In this document: positions 27,632 through 43,403 of the stretch, piece after piece | Position numbering within the stretch: position 1 is the first letter of the stretch | Layout: the number at the start of each line of letters is the position of its first letter | Assembly (NCBI GenBank): GCA_964016885.1 | Contig: OZ024742.1 | Coordinates: forward strand, 52,328,001 to 52,392,000 | Direction of reading: 5' to 3' | Origin: Eledone cirrhosa | Taxonomy: Eukaryota | DNA length: 64,000 bases | Position numbers and translations under genes: made by a program | Notes under the pieces: model-generated | Database searches by the model: none | The model's input: the letters and a program-made list of their open reading frames with translations, nothing else | What the model was told of the DNA's origin: nothing

Positions 27632-29574
27632 ATATAAATGAAATAACAGGAGGCTGGACTGGTGTAAATCCTTGAAAGGTTTATTATACTATGATCATTT
27701 CAATGACCGGGTTCCATATGAATCCGGTGATATCATCAGGTATTGGAATATAACAAAGGAATATGTAAAAAGCCATGGGTCCGAAAAACCATGGGTCCGA
27801 GAAACCAGCATGGGATTAACTGATCTACTTGCCATTCGGATTTTGGCTGCTCTGCGCCTTATCTACCGCCACCTGATACCACTTCCTTGTCGGGATGATT
27901 CCGATTCCGACAAAACGCTACGTATTATACTAAAACTTGTATTGTATTGACTGTATTCTCTATTCTATACCTCAGGACTTTTTGTGTCTCGCACTAAATT
28001 CGGAACCCGAACTTTACAGTAGGTACAATCTGTTACCATTCCATCTCCTCCATCCTCTATATCTGTATCTATATGTACAACTTATATTATCTTACTACAA
28101 CTTGATCTATATTGACTCTTATTTACCTTTATTAATTTGTTTACTATCTCATTAATGTATATTTTATTATTTTATTATTTTCTATTATTTTATTAATGTA
28201 TTTTTATCAATGTATTGGTATTTTTTTGTAACTTTTCCTTACTCAGGTCATTATACACCTTCATAGCCCCCTACCCACCCAAGAACAACACTACCTATAA
28301 CCCGGACTAACTGGGACTTTAAAATAATTTAAAATAATTTTGATCTATTTGCACTTTTCATTGTTTGACTTGTGTGGTGGCTTTTTTCTCGGCTGCGCGC
28401 TGGGCACTCGGAAAGTTCAGCCTTCCTTGAGTGCTCGGAAAAATAAATTTCTCCTCTTTCGGTAAATGAAATTACTTGGAGTGGCTTGCTCTGCCCCAGT
28501 CCCACCACGCCGCCAGTTTTGCCCGCCTAATTATACATGTACGTACAAACTCCAGGTTTGGGCACAAGTATTAACTGTATCATGCCTCTATTGACACGTA
28601 AATAAAGCCCTAATGTGTGATTTAAGAGTATTCGTGGTATAGACGATGGCCTGTCGAAATTGTGGGGTTCCCGCTAGCGATCCCGGGGCCAAAGTTAGCT
28701 ACGTTCCTAGAGTACTCAGAAAAATTAATTTCCATTTCTTTCGCTGGACGATACCACTCGAGACTGGCTGACTCATGGTGGTGGGTGTGCTGGCTGGGGC
28801 TCCCAATCGAAATTTTTACTCTATATCCCATCCTAATATCTTATCGAGTTAAATAAAAAAAAGTTTTCATATAAGACTCTCTCCGTAAGTTCGTTAAATA
28901 AATAAATCTCGCTACCTCTATTTTTCAATTTACCATTTTGCAATATGATATTTTTAATTTAATTTATTTCATCCTATAACTCGCAACATAAGTTTAGCGT
29001 TCCAATCTTCGGTTCACACATTAGACCATACAGACACCCACTATAGATTCTTTGGGTAGCATTTTTTTCGCGACATTTTCTAAATTGAATGTAGTTTGAC
29101 CCTTACACTACATTTCTTTCTCCTTTTCTTTCTTTCTTCCACTTCTATCTTTGACGGAGTGGTGGTAGTACATGATAGGCCTGCGCCCCCTTACCAGATA
29201 TTCACTGGTAGTTTTCGGTTGCCAACACTTTGAGGGCAGGTGGCTGTGAAGCTAGTTGGTCAGCCGCCCTCTCTGTCTGTTGTTTCTCGGACCCATGGGT
29301 TTTCGGACCCATGGCTTTTTACATATTCCTTTGTTATATTCCAATACCTGATGATATCACCGGATTCATATGGAACCCGGTCATTGAAATGATCATAGTA
29401 TAATAAACCTTTCAAGAATTTACACCAGTCCAGCCTCCTGTTATTTCATTTATAATTAACTCCGTATTCGCACCACCAACTACACAAACGAAGATGGGTG
29501 AACTGCACAATATTACACCAGGATTGACCATACAGTAGGACCAGTTCTATCCAGTGGTCAACCAACAAACCTTA

Positions 29575-29577
<3 letters not shown>
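27632..29577. mobile_element. Non-coding PLE-derived element with ~173-bp inverted termini, each with an HHR
   Basis: 27632-27805 is the reverse complement of 29282-29454; ~120-nt tail to 29577; TA flanks; no coding motifs inside. Confidence 0.8.
29344..29401 (+). ncRNA. Minimal type I hammerhead (mirror at 27686-27743, minus strand)
   Basis: ATAC-CTGATGA-[ACCGG..CCGGT stem II]-GAAA-T-GATC-ATA-GTAT. Confidence 0.85.
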
Positions 29578-29625
<48 letters not shown>

Positions 29626-29798
29626 TTTTAATAATACATCGAAACCGGTAGTATTTTATATACATTATAAAGCTCTTTTTTAAAAGAATTGTCTCTCTCA
29701 TATATTTTCCGTGCTATTTCCAACGTCACCTTTTCTCTATAACCACTGTTTTGAACCTTACTTCCCTTATCTTATATATATATATAGATATAGATATA

Positions 29799-29919
<121 letters not shown>

Positions 29920-30520
29920 GTATATATATATATGTATGTATATATATATATATGTATGTATATATATATATATAGAGAGAGAGAGATTTTGAGTTTATGT
30001 TGGTTGTATACCAACACCTCAGTATGCAGGCTGGAGCACTCGACGAAGTGCGCAGGTTGGTTTGGTTACTCCGGAGTAGTGTAAAATAAAGTTAAATAAA
30101 AGTCAAATGATTAAAATTTAGCTTCGTTTATTACTGCTATATATATTTCAGTGACAGCCATCTTTGGCTGTGACCTCTTCAGGCAGTTTGAATTAGTATG
30201 GTATAGACAAGTACATATGTTGTTTAGGTGTATGATATTGTCAATACTCTGATATGCCCAGTTCCTTGCTGGGTTGTTAATTCACTGGGGAACTGGAGTC
30301 ATATGAATTCAAACAAACGAATTTTCGTGTCACAGGTCCCCTTCTCCTCTCATTGGTCAGTTATTAGTGTTGTCATTGTTGGAGTTAGCTTAAAAATTGA
30401 TAAAATGGTAGAAGGGACAAGGTGTTGAAGGAACAAAATATCAAAAAATGTGTCAAACTTCCCATTGTTCAGTTCTGAGAGCATTCCTCAGTCAGAAGTC
30501 TATAGAATTCTTTCTGGGGT

Positions 30521-32822
30521 ACTCCTTGAACACTGAACTGTACAATAAGCTAATCCTCAGGGAACTGAGGAAGTGCTACAAAAATACACCTGGATTTACC
30601 CTGGATGAGATCAATGCCACAGCTTACAGGATTATATCCAGAATCGGCATAGAGGACAGGACGGCCCCATACCAACCAAGGGAGCCGCGGATTACACTTA
30701 AAGACCACAAGTCAAACTTTGAGTCCGACCTCCCTGTCAGACTAATAGCCCCCTCCAGATCTGACCTAGGGATCGTCAGTAAAAGAATACTGGATAGGAT
30801 TTTGCCCAAGCTTCGGAAAAAAACCAAATTACAGCAATGGTCATGCACGAGAGAAGTAATAGAATGGTTCAAAATATTGCATGAGAAAAGTAGGACCAGC
30901 TTTATACAACTGGACATCGCAAGCTACTACTCCTCAATCTCACCCATAGTACTTAATAAGGCCCTATTTTTAGCGATGTCCAATACGGACCTAACCCGAG
31001 AGGAGGTGAGCATCATCCACGCCGCAAGAAAGACCTTAATCCGCTTCGATGGAGACCTGTGGACCAGGAGTGATTGGCCAAATAACTTTGACATCACGAT
31101 GGGCTCCAGCGACTCAGCGCAGGTAACGGACCAGGTTGGGCTCTACCTGCTGAAGCAGATAAAAGATGAAATCCCCTGCCTGGGCGGCGGATTATATCGT
31201 GACGATGCTCTATTCACAGTACATGACCACAGCACCAATATGTTGGAGGGTATGAGGAGGCGTATTCGCCATTTCTTTAAGAACCAGGGGCTCAGCATAG
31301 AAATAGACCCAAATAGGAAGGTAGTTAACTTCCTAGACACCACCCTAAACCTGAACACCGAGCAATACTACCCCTACCACAAGCCCAACGAGAAACTAGT
31401 ATATGTTAACGCCAAATCAAACCACCCTAGATCCATAACCAAGGCAGTGGTGAGAGTGTCTCGGACAGGATCTCCAGCCTGTCCGCAAGTAAGGAAATAT
31501 TCAACAACCACGCGGAATATTACAACGCAGCTCTAAAGAAGGCGGCACATGGACAAAATATAACATATAGTCCGAAAAGCCGTGAGGTGGATAGCCCAAC
31601 AGACACCCACAACCGCGTTACCAGAGGGGAGAGGGCGAACCCTAACAATACAGGCAGAGCAAAATCAAATAGGCACCATGTACCAGACACCACCACACGG
31701 GCGGTGGGGACTAGTGCGCTTGACCACGAGATGGAGCACAATATGAGTAGCAGTCTCAGGCGTGATGCTAACTACCCCAGGACGGACAACCCCAACCGCA
31801 GGACACGTGGGGTGGGAGGAAACGGGCGACCACCCCACGATGGATCTCCCGGGGCAGACAACAACCACCCCACAAATCCGGGCCGTGAAGATAACAGAAA
31901 GTATAGAGCCCAAAAGGGAAGCAACAGTGCGGAAACCACCAGCAAACCAACAAATCTCCAACAAATCACGAAGCCCCCAACCCACACATATAGGAGGAGA
32001 CACCGACAAATCACGTGGTACAACCCACCCTACTCAGCGGCCCTAAAGAAAAGCTTGGCCCGTATATGTTCTTTGGAGCACTTGACAAATGCTTCCCGAG
32101 GGACCACAGATACCACAGGATCTTCAACAGACACACTGTGAAGCTTTCGTATTCCACCACGAGAAATTTGGCCCAACACATAGCTAGCATCAACAGAAGT
32201 AGGCTTAAAAACCACACACAACCAGAAGATGGCAATAAACACTCAGCAGAACCATGTGAAAGGAGGGAAGGGGGGACCCAGAGCCCACCCAAGAAACACA
32301 AAAAGACCCAAGGACCCCCCACCGAGCATGGGGGAAGACCAACATGTAACACATAATGAGAACCCTAATCTAAGCACGCAGAGGCCGCCCACCCTCTGCA
32401 ACTGTAGAAACCCCGAATCATGCCCCCTTGGTAATGAATGTCTCAAGAAGAACATAGTGTACGGTTGTAGGGTTAAAACCCCCAACTCCGAACACCTCTA
32501 CATAGGAGCCACATCAACGAGCTTTAAGGACCGCTGGTACAACCATCGCCATTCATTCAAGAAGGAGGCCAAAAGGAAAAGCACAGCTCTCTCCGACCTG
32601 ATCTGGAAGCTTAAGCTGGACAGGACCCCATACTCTCTGGCCTGGTACATAATCAGGAAAGTACCACCCGATAAAGGGGGATCTTGCATATGCAAACTAT
32701 GCCTGAACGAGACCCTCGAGATACTAAGAGGTGGAAGCGGCCTGATAAACCTCAGAACCGACTTCTTCGGGACATGCAGACACCTTAGAGCCGGGACCTT
32801 TCTCAAAATATATGGACAGTAG
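30521..32822 (+). pseudogene. PLE RT and GIY-YIG endonuclease, two frameshifts (~31455, ~32065)
   Basis: ITLKDHK.NF, RLIAPSRSDLG, FIQLDIASYYSSI, FDITMGS, GGLYRDDAL, WYNPPYS, CNCR..CPL..CL, IVY..YIG, CKLC, TCRH. Confidence 0.92.
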
Positions 32823-34015
32823 CAACACAAGAAGATGTGAACTCCCCTCAAGCTATAGGGACTTCTACAGAACATGAAAACACCTCTCGTAGACCTCCCT
32901 CAAGCTATATGGACAATTACAACACCCTAGGTTGTGAACTCCCCTCAAGCCATAGGGAACAACCCAGGCGGAGCAGACACCATGATAGCCTAGAGACAGA
33001 ATCGGACACAGCCATAATAATCTGGCCAACATCTATAACACAAACACTTTTAATTTACCAGATTTCTGACTTTAAAGTTCCAATCTTAAATCTTGATTTC
33101 TCTATATTAATTTGTTATTTGTTTTCTGCCCTCTTCACTGTATAACCTTATATTTATTTTAAGTTGAGATAGATTATAACACAAACACATTGAATATCTC
33201 ATCTTAACATCTTGTATCATACCAATCTATCCAACATATTCTGACATTGAGATTGGTTATAGCACACACACACACACACACACTTTATCCTACATTATTT
33301 CTCACTTCTCCATATACATTATCATTACTTTTTCACCAATCTCTCATTTACTCTTTATTCTTTATTCTCTATTTATTTATTTATTTTCAAATTACACAAA
33401 TTATATTAATTATTTTATTTTATTATATTATTTATTTATCTTCTGTTTTCTTCATTTATTGCCTTATATTTCTTCATATGCATGAAATAACCCCCCCCCC
33501 CCCCCCCGCCACCACCACTACGATGGTGGCGGGTGGGATGAAGAGAAAACACAAACTGAATACTTCTAAATTGTTAGCAGCAGCAAGATGTAAGCTGACC
33601 ACTACAACAACAACAGTACCAAAATAATGGTGGAGGTCAAATGTACTGAACAATAGCAGGCATAAACACTACAGGGAGCCTCACCCCAGAAAGAATTCTA
33701 TAGACTTCTGACTGAGGAATGCTCTCAGAACTGAACAATGGGAAGTTTGACACATTTTTTGATATTTTGTTCCTTCAACACCTTGTCCCTTCTACCATTT
33801 TATCAATTTTTAAGCTAACTCCAACAATGACAACACTAATGACTGACCAATGAGAGGAGAAGGGGACCTGTGACACGAAAATTCGTTTGTTTGAATTCAT
33901 ATGACTCCAGTTCCCCAGTGAGTTAACAACCCAGCAAGGAACTGGGCATATCAGAGTATTGACAATATCATACACCTAAACAACATATGTACTTGTCTAT
34001 ACCATACTAATTCAA

Positions 34016-34070
34016 ACTGCCTGAAGAGGTCACAGCCAAAGATGGCTGTCACTGAAATATATATAGCAGT
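34016..34070 (+). ncRNA. Minimal type I hammerhead (mirror at 30133-30187, minus strand)
   Basis: ACTGC-CTGAAGA-GGTCACAGCCA/TGGCTGTCACT-GAAA-T-ATAT-ATA-GCAGT. Confidence 0.88.
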
Positions 34071-34114
34071 AATAAACGAAGCTAAATTTTAATCATTTGA
34101 CTTTTATTTAACTT

Positions 34115-34869
<755 letters not shown>

Positions 34870-34921
34870 ATATATATATATATGTATATATATATGTGTA
34901 TATATATATATATGTATATAT

Positions 34922-35017
<96 letters not shown>

Positions 35018-35160
35018 ATATATATATGTATATATAGATGTATGTATATATAGATGTATATATATGTATATATATATATGTATATATAGATGTATGTATA
35101 TATAGATGTATATATATGTATATATATATATGTATATATAGATGTATGTATATATAGATG

Positions 35161-35192
<32 letters not shown>

Positions 35193-35216
35193 TATACATA
35201 TATGTATATATATATT

Positions 35217-35351
<135 letters not shown>

Positions 35352-35415
35352 GAGTGTGTTCTGTTATTAATTCTGGCAATATTACGCAAATATGACCCTC
35401 CCCAAATATAACAAT
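35352..35415 (+). mobile_element. 64-bp solo 3' terminus of the 20.6-23.6-kb PLE
   Basis: Matches ~23560-23623; embedded in a TA array. Confidence 0.8.
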
Positions 35416-36830
<1,415 letters not shown>

Positions 36831-36921
36831 ATGGAAAAATTTGAACAGGAACAAAACAAAGAGTCAGTACAACGAATGTTTATTAATTTCACGCTCTGGA
36901 GAGTGGGGTGTTGGTGGGGAA

Positions 36922-36951
36922 TGACGTTTCGGGCATAAGCCCTTCCTCAGG
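36922..36951 (-). ncRNA. Hammerhead core lacking a clear stem I
   Basis: CTGAGGA-A-GGGC-TTAT-GCCC-GAAA-CGTC. Confidence 0.5.
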
Positions 36952-37449
36952 TGAGAAGTGTGTGGGAACAGAGTTCAAAGGGTGTGTAGGGGAGTGGTGG
37001 AGAGACATATAGCGAAAGGAAACGGTGCGAATGAAATTAAAAATAAAAATAAAGCATGATCAAAATACAAGGAATGAAATAAATTTCAATATAAAAGCAT
37101 ATATATATATATTTGCTAGTACTAATATATATATATATGTGTGTGTGTGTACACAAATTCGTGCAGATGGAATAACGTACGCTCATACTACTGTTTGTAT
37201 ACATCTGGGTGTATATGCGTTCATGAGTGAATGCACAATGGGTGAAATGCCGGTTCTTCAAACCCTACTCGTTCCCTAAACCCAGCTATGCCAGAAGTCT
37301 TCTCCAGCAATATCACTCACTCAAACTTTTGATATACACGAGGCTCCTCCTTATTTATTTTCTCCTCACCTCTCCACCTCATAAACATTCAAGCTGCGTC
37401 ATTCGTGTTCCTCGGACAATAGGCGGCAGAAAGAAATGAAATTTTCCAA

Positions 37450-38180
37450 CTATGGGAATCCCTGTACCAGTGGCACTGCCCACACTGTCCAACACACTCG
37501 ACGTTTCGGCTGTGGTACGGGAGCTGACCTCAAACGACACAGTATTCCGACCCACACCAGATGTACTAGCCGTTCTCCGACACACGCATCCGGATCCCCG
37601 GCTAATATCAGGGACTTCCAAAGCCTTAACAGTAGCAATGATTTAGTCGCGTCCAGTAAAGACGTGATAGCTGCTCTGAGATCCTTTTCCCGGAGCAGCA
37701 GTGGCGGAGTAAATGATTTCGAAACCGACTGCCGCAGAGGTCTAATTCGCAGCGGCATGAGTATGTCTGCTTCGGTCGATTATTGCTCTAATGAACTGTA
37801 TTCTCCCCCACTGTGCCCGTGGTCTTCTCAGCCAACATAAATGTGTTGAAGAAGAATGACGGACGTATCCATATCTTTGCAGTTGGCAACGTCGTTTGGT
37901 GATTTCTGGCAAGATAGCCTGTCAGTCAACATGGGTCAATCAGGTATGACATGAGCGAAATACTAAGCCTTTTCCAGCTCTGGGTGATAGTTATGTGTGC
38001 ACGTGAAGCTCATGCAATCAGACTCTTCATAAAGCACACACCTCATTCCTCGGCCCAGCTTACTTCTTCCATCGCTTGAGGAAGAAATCTCGTGAAGTTG
38101 AGTGGCTGTTGCTCAGGTTGTCTTTGGCCATTCCTTATAGTAATGCTTTTGCCATTTATTCTGCGGGGTGCAGCGAAAGC
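37450..38180 (+). pseudogene. Degenerate CRE-clade-like non-LTR retrotransposon RT fragment
   Basis: DVSAVVRELTSNDT..PDVLAVLRHTHP, VIAALRSFSRSSSGG and ANINVLKKNDGRIHIFAVGN resemble the CRE motifs L..KHP, SFP.GSAGGPDG, ALxKKDGGIRPIAVG. Confidence 0.6.
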
Positions 38181-38670
38181 AGCTCTCTGACTGGTATTTA
38201 GAACTTATATAGATATATAGAGAGGCAGTTTCACTACAGTTAATTCACCATTTCCGAGAACAATTTCTTTCACCTTAGATGGATCATAAGCTTGGTTTAA
38301 ACCGAGTGGAAATGGTACATTAACTATTGTGGAACTACTTCTACCAAACTAGTCCCATGGAGTCAGTGCTCTACTACTACGGATATAAACCACCAGTGTT
38401 CTACTATACGCACGCACACACACACACACACACACACAAATATATATATATATATAAAGGAAAAGGTTCAGGACACCGACGGCAGAGCTCAAGCCTTTTC
38501 GACGGCTATTTCTATAAATAGCCGTCGAAACGGCTTGAGCTCTGCCGTCGGGGTCCTGAACATTTTCCTATTACCTACTCTACTACCCAAAGTATCGAGT
38601 ACTCTGGTGCGTTAGGGTTCACCTGGTTCCTTACTATACTTTCTTCATTATATATATATATATATATATA

Positions 38671-38770
38671 TGAGTTCAAATCCTGCCGAGGTTAACTTTG
38701 TCTTTCATCCTTACAGGGTCGATAAAATAAAGTACCAGTAATGCACTGGGATAATTGCTGGCCTGGTGCT
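38671..38770 (+). mobile_element. tRNA-SINE fragment
   Basis: GAGTTCAAATCCTGCC...TTTCATCC..GGGTCGATAAAATAAAGTACCAG. Confidence 0.7.
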
Positions 38771-38796
38771 TTATATATACATTCATATATATATAT

Positions 38797-39437
38797 ATGA
38801 ATGTATATATCGTCTATTTTGCAATACACTGTATGCTTAATTAAAAGCATTTTGAAGACCTTACGCTATTGTTTTAAAGTAGTGACTATGTCACTTACTT
38901 CTTTTTTCAGCAAATAAAGGGAGATAAGCTGACAGATCTCTGTTTCGTACTGTTGGTACTTTTCAGAGCTTACCACTCCCTTTGTTTGCTGAAAATTATG
39001 AATGTTGGATTCTTATAGAATTCCAGTAATAATCAGGAACTGATTATACAGAGCGATTGCCAGTCCAGCAGAAATTGAAAATTAGAATTGGTGCTCTGAA
39101 ATAACGATATATATATGAATGTACATATAGTGTATTTTGCAATACACTGTATGTAATACACTGTACTTTAAAACAATAGCGTAAGGTCTTCAAAATGCTT
39201 TTAATTAAGCATAGAGTGTATTGCAAAATACACTGTACCAACAGTACGAAACAGAGATCTGTCAGTTTATCTCCCTTTGTTTGCTGAAAAAAGAAGTAAG
39301 TGACATAGTCACTACTTTAAAACAATAGCGTAAGGTCTTCAAAATGCTTTTAATTAAGCATACAGTGTATTGCAAAATACACTATATATACATTCATATA
39401 TATATATATATCGCTATTTCAGAGCACCAATTCTAAT
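38797..39437. mobile_element. Retrozyme-like family B cluster (~318-nt monomer on minus strand plus inverted partial copies)
   Basis: TGAATGTA repeats at 38798 and 39116; head-to-tail junction also at ~39400; HHR at 38927-38970. Confidence 0.75.
38927..38970 (-). ncRNA. Type I hammerhead (G8A variant)
   Basis: AGCT-CTGAAAA-GTAC-CAACA-GTAC-GAAA-CAGAGATCTG-TC-AGCT. Confidence 0.7.
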
Positions 39438-40081
39438 ATATATATATATAACATAGAATTTATTAATTATTTTGTATAAATGTATGTAAGAGAATTTTGA
39501 AATACAAAATATCCAGTAGTATTTCTTTACAATTCCGTTTATATCTTTCCCAAATTGGTGCACATCTAAATTGTGACATATATTCGAAATATATATTGTT
39601 ATGAATTTTTGCCTCCTTTTAGAACAGTCCTATATTGAATGATATACCCCCCCCCCCCCCCCACATACCCCCACACACCCACGCCAACCCCCCACCCCCA
39701 CACACACGTGACATCACTAGTAGCTGCAGACAACAGATTCTAGCAGTAATCATGTTGCGCTCACTGGGAACAAATGGCTTCACTCTCTGTCTTTCTCTCT
39801 GTGTAATTACTACGTCTGCTCATGAAGTTATTGCTAGATTCAGCATTCATCGTGCAGCAAGTTGAAAATTGTACTTATCGAAGCTTACTGCATTAACAGA
39901 TATCCTGGGGTCTGGCCTAGCAAGTTAAACTACCACATTACGTATGGTTAGCTGCGAAAGTTTTTCTCGATATACATTCAATGAGTGAATAAATGTGAGC
40001 AAACGGAATTATAGAGAATATTCGTTATAACCTCATCACCACACACACACATCTGTTGACCGTTTTACAGCAAAGTTAGTG

Positions 40082-41364
40082 ATGAGAGAAATAGTTCATT
40101 TACAAACTGGGCGGTGTGGTAACCAGATTGGATCTAAATTCTGGGAAGTTATTTCTGATGAACACGGTATTAATAATAATGGAATTTATCATGGTGAGAA
40201 CGACTTACAATTTGAGAGACTCAATGTCTACTACGACGAAGCTACAGGCGGTAAATATGTAACCCGCGCTATTCTTGTAGACCTGGAACCGAGTACAATG
40301 AATTGTATTCGTTCAGGACCATTCTGTCAACTATTCCGTCCAGATAATTTCATGTTTGGTCAAAGTGTAGCTGGAAACAACTGGACGAAAGGCCATTACA
40401 TAGAAGGGGCCGAATTAGTCGAAATTGTTATGGATGTAGTTCGCAAGGAATCAGAAAACTGTGACTGCCTTCAAGGTTTCCACTTGACTCACTCACTTGG
40501 CGGTGGTACTGGATCTGGCATGGGGACGTTAATATTGAGCCAAATCCAGGAAGAATATCCTGATAGAATGATAAATACATTCTCTGTTGTTCCTTCACCC
40601 AAAGTGTCTGATACTGTGCTGGAACCGTATAATGCAACATTGTCAATACACCAACTGGTGGAAAATACAGATGAAACTTTCTTTATAGACAATGAGGCGT
40701 TGTACAACATTTGTTTCCGTACTTTAAAACTTACTACCCCTACCTATGGGGATTTGAATCATTTAGTTTCGGCTACAATGGCTGGTGTTACGACATGTCT
40801 GAGGTTCCCTGTCAATTAAATGCCGATCTGCGTAAACCTGCCGTCAATATGGTACCATTTCCTAGGGTGCATTTCTTCATACCTGGCTTCGCCCCGCTAA
40901 CAGCTCGAGGTAGCCATTAATACAGAGCTTTGTCTGTAGCAGAACTTACACAGCAGATGTTTGATTTTAAGAATATGATGACTGCCTGTGATCCAAAACA
41001 CGGCCGCTACCTGACTGTTGCCACTATATTCTGAGGCCGTAAATGTATGAAGGGGGTTGATGATTAAATCAAAAATATGCAGGATATGAACAGTAGCTAC
41101 TTTGTTGAGTGGATTCCAAATAATATAAAAACAGCCGTTTGTGATATTGTCTGGTGCAGTTATAGGTAACAGTACGGCTATCCAGGAGTCATTTATACGC
41201 ATTGCTGATCAGTTCACGGCTATGTTTAAGCGTAAAGCTTTCTTACATTGGTACACTGGAGAGGGTATGGATGAGATGGAATTCACAGAAGCTGAGTCCA
41301 ACGTGCATGATTTGATCAATGAGTATCAGCAATACCAGGAAGCTACTGTTGAACAGGAAGGGGA

Positions 41365-41400
<36 letters not shown>

Positions 41401-41413
41401 CGAAAACTTATAA
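40082..41413 (+). pseudogene. TUBB: Intronless beta-tubulin pseudogene
   Basis: [41 protein letters not shown]. 1-bp deletion ~40811, stops at ~40918, ~41032, ~41065, ~20-bp deletion ~41149. Confidence 0.95.
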
Positions 41414-42619
41414 AATAACATTCAAATTGTCTATTAAATTGTTTCAGGAATTCTAAGAAGGTGTATTAATATATTTATTGAGGTTAAGTGGAATTAAAAG
41501 TTTATCTCATAATTAAAATGACTTTTTATCTTAGAATTAAAATGACTCTTTAGAGAGAGAGAGAGAGAGATTTAAAAAATCGAATTGATGAATTGATGAT
41601 AAGATTTGATAAAATTTAATACCGGATTTCTATATCAGCCATGGTGTATCGTTATCTGTTAAACAGTGCAAGTAGAACTCTGCGAGAGAGAGATTTGACA
41701 AAATCTTCTAGGTTTGAATCTACCAAAACATAATATTACTGCATAGCGTTGTGGAAAATAAGCAAACGAAAACTGTTTTGATAACATTTTTCACATGTAA
41801 ATTTATATTAAAAAAAATAATAATATTTATTATTTTGAGAATTACTACGACCTGATAGCTAGCGTTGGTTGTATAAACAAGAAAATCTGTTCTCACTAAG
41901 ATGAAACAGCTTGTTAAAATATAGAGTTGAATTTGCTTTGAAGAAAATTATAAGTTGTTGCATTGAAAGCATGGATAGTGAATAGAAATATTTATTTTAA
42001 ATTTATTATTAAAAGAACATTATATAAACAGAATTTAATTTCTTTTCAACGGTATCATAAAAACTTCAAAAGCATATTGATATTTAATTTTGTTATAATA
42101 TTTAGTAAGTTTTAATAAACCCTAGTTTACAAGTAAAGTCGACGTTATTATAAATATTCTATGAAAAAGATTGCTTATATTTTGTTTACACATTTCGTAA
42201 ATTGAAAGATTTAAAAAAAAATCTAAAACATATTTTTATTAAAATATAAATATGAATAAGAATATATTTTGACCATTAAAGGGGAATATAATAAAACACA
42301 TGTGAGATATTCAGAGATGGAGTAAATTAAGAAATGGTGTCTGATAATTTTAATATTGCAACAATGCAATTTAATTACATATTTTATTCAGTAATTCTCT
42401 ATTATTGTAAAAATATAATAGAATGTCAATGTTTTGTTTCCACGTTGCAATGGTCATTATATATATGCAATGATAGGACATTTTAATGGTACTCTATGTC
42501 AATGTTCAGTTTGAACTAAGATAAAATGTTTACTTAACTGGCGAATAATTCTGTTAGTGACTTATTAAACATAATTGTAGAACTCAAATAGTGATGATGG
42601 CTTTTGTTACAAGAGATTT

Positions 42620-42965
42620 CGCTGCTGCTTCTTCTTTTCCCACTTATTCCTGAAAGGGCGTGGTGACAGTCCTCAAAAATTCCTTACAGCACATCCTATC
42701 AGAAGCAACCCTCCCTAATAATTTGGCTGGATTCCCAAGCGAGCTCAGGGATGTTAGCCAAACTTCTTGCTCGGGGTCTATACATTGGTCTCCTGCCGGT
42801 TGATCTTACCCATAAAATCTCTCCAGCAATTCTTTCATGAGACATTCAAACCACATGCCCATTGTATCGGAGCTGTGATATCTCAATTCGGAGAAGTAGC
42901 AGCTCTACATGGAGCGACTCTCCGATTAACATCGAGTAACATTACTCTAAAGACACTTTAGAGGA
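42620..42965 (-). mobile_element. RTE (Rex3/Expander-like) 3' fragment
   Basis: Minus strand ESLHVELLLLRIEISQLRYNGHVV*M..ER...TGRRP..RPR. Confidence 0.65.
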
Positions 42966-43348
42966 ACCCGTTCGAGTTCTTGATTATTATACTCTATAAA
43001 ACCTTCATTTATGTTTTGTGGTGAGGGTTGTGAACGATTTAATCTCCCTCTTTTCTTTTCCTTAATTTTATTTTGTCGACCACATGCGGCTCAAAGGGTT
43101 AATCGATCGTCATTTAGAAAAAATATTCCATGTTGTGTATATGTATTATGAACCGGTAACTCCGGGTGCATTCATATAGACTCAGTTCTTACATACGGTG
43201 TGGATTTGGCATTTTAAACCTCGTACAATAGAGCCGATAACTTCCAGACAAACTAGAAAGAGAAAAACAGAGAGAGAGAAAAACAGAGAGAGAGAAAAAC
43301 AGACAGAGAGAAAAACAGAGAGAGAGAAAAACAGACAGAGAGAGGCGG

Positions 43349-43403
43349 AGAAGAAGAAGAAGAAGAAGAAGAAGAAGAAGAAGAAGAAGAAGAAGAAGAA
43401 GAA
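43349..43403 (+). repeat. (AAG)n microsatellite
   Basis: Direct reading. Confidence 0.95.

Larger units (their letters stand above)
29986..34121 (+). mobile_element. Penelope-like element (Naiad-type), 5'-truncated, with 439-bp inverted pLTR plus ~95-nt tail
   Basis: 30082-30520 is the reverse complement of 33683-34121; the left copy extends to ~29986. Confidence 0.9.

Noticed and set aside
30521-32960. Selenoprotein-type Naiad (in-frame UGA plus SECIS)
   Set aside because: Conserved Cys positions are ordinary codons in both Naiad-type copies, and no convincing SECIS was seen.
40079-40819. Functional truncated beta-tubulin CDS
   Set aside because: Ends at a frameshift; the rest of the gene follows with several stops and a deletion.
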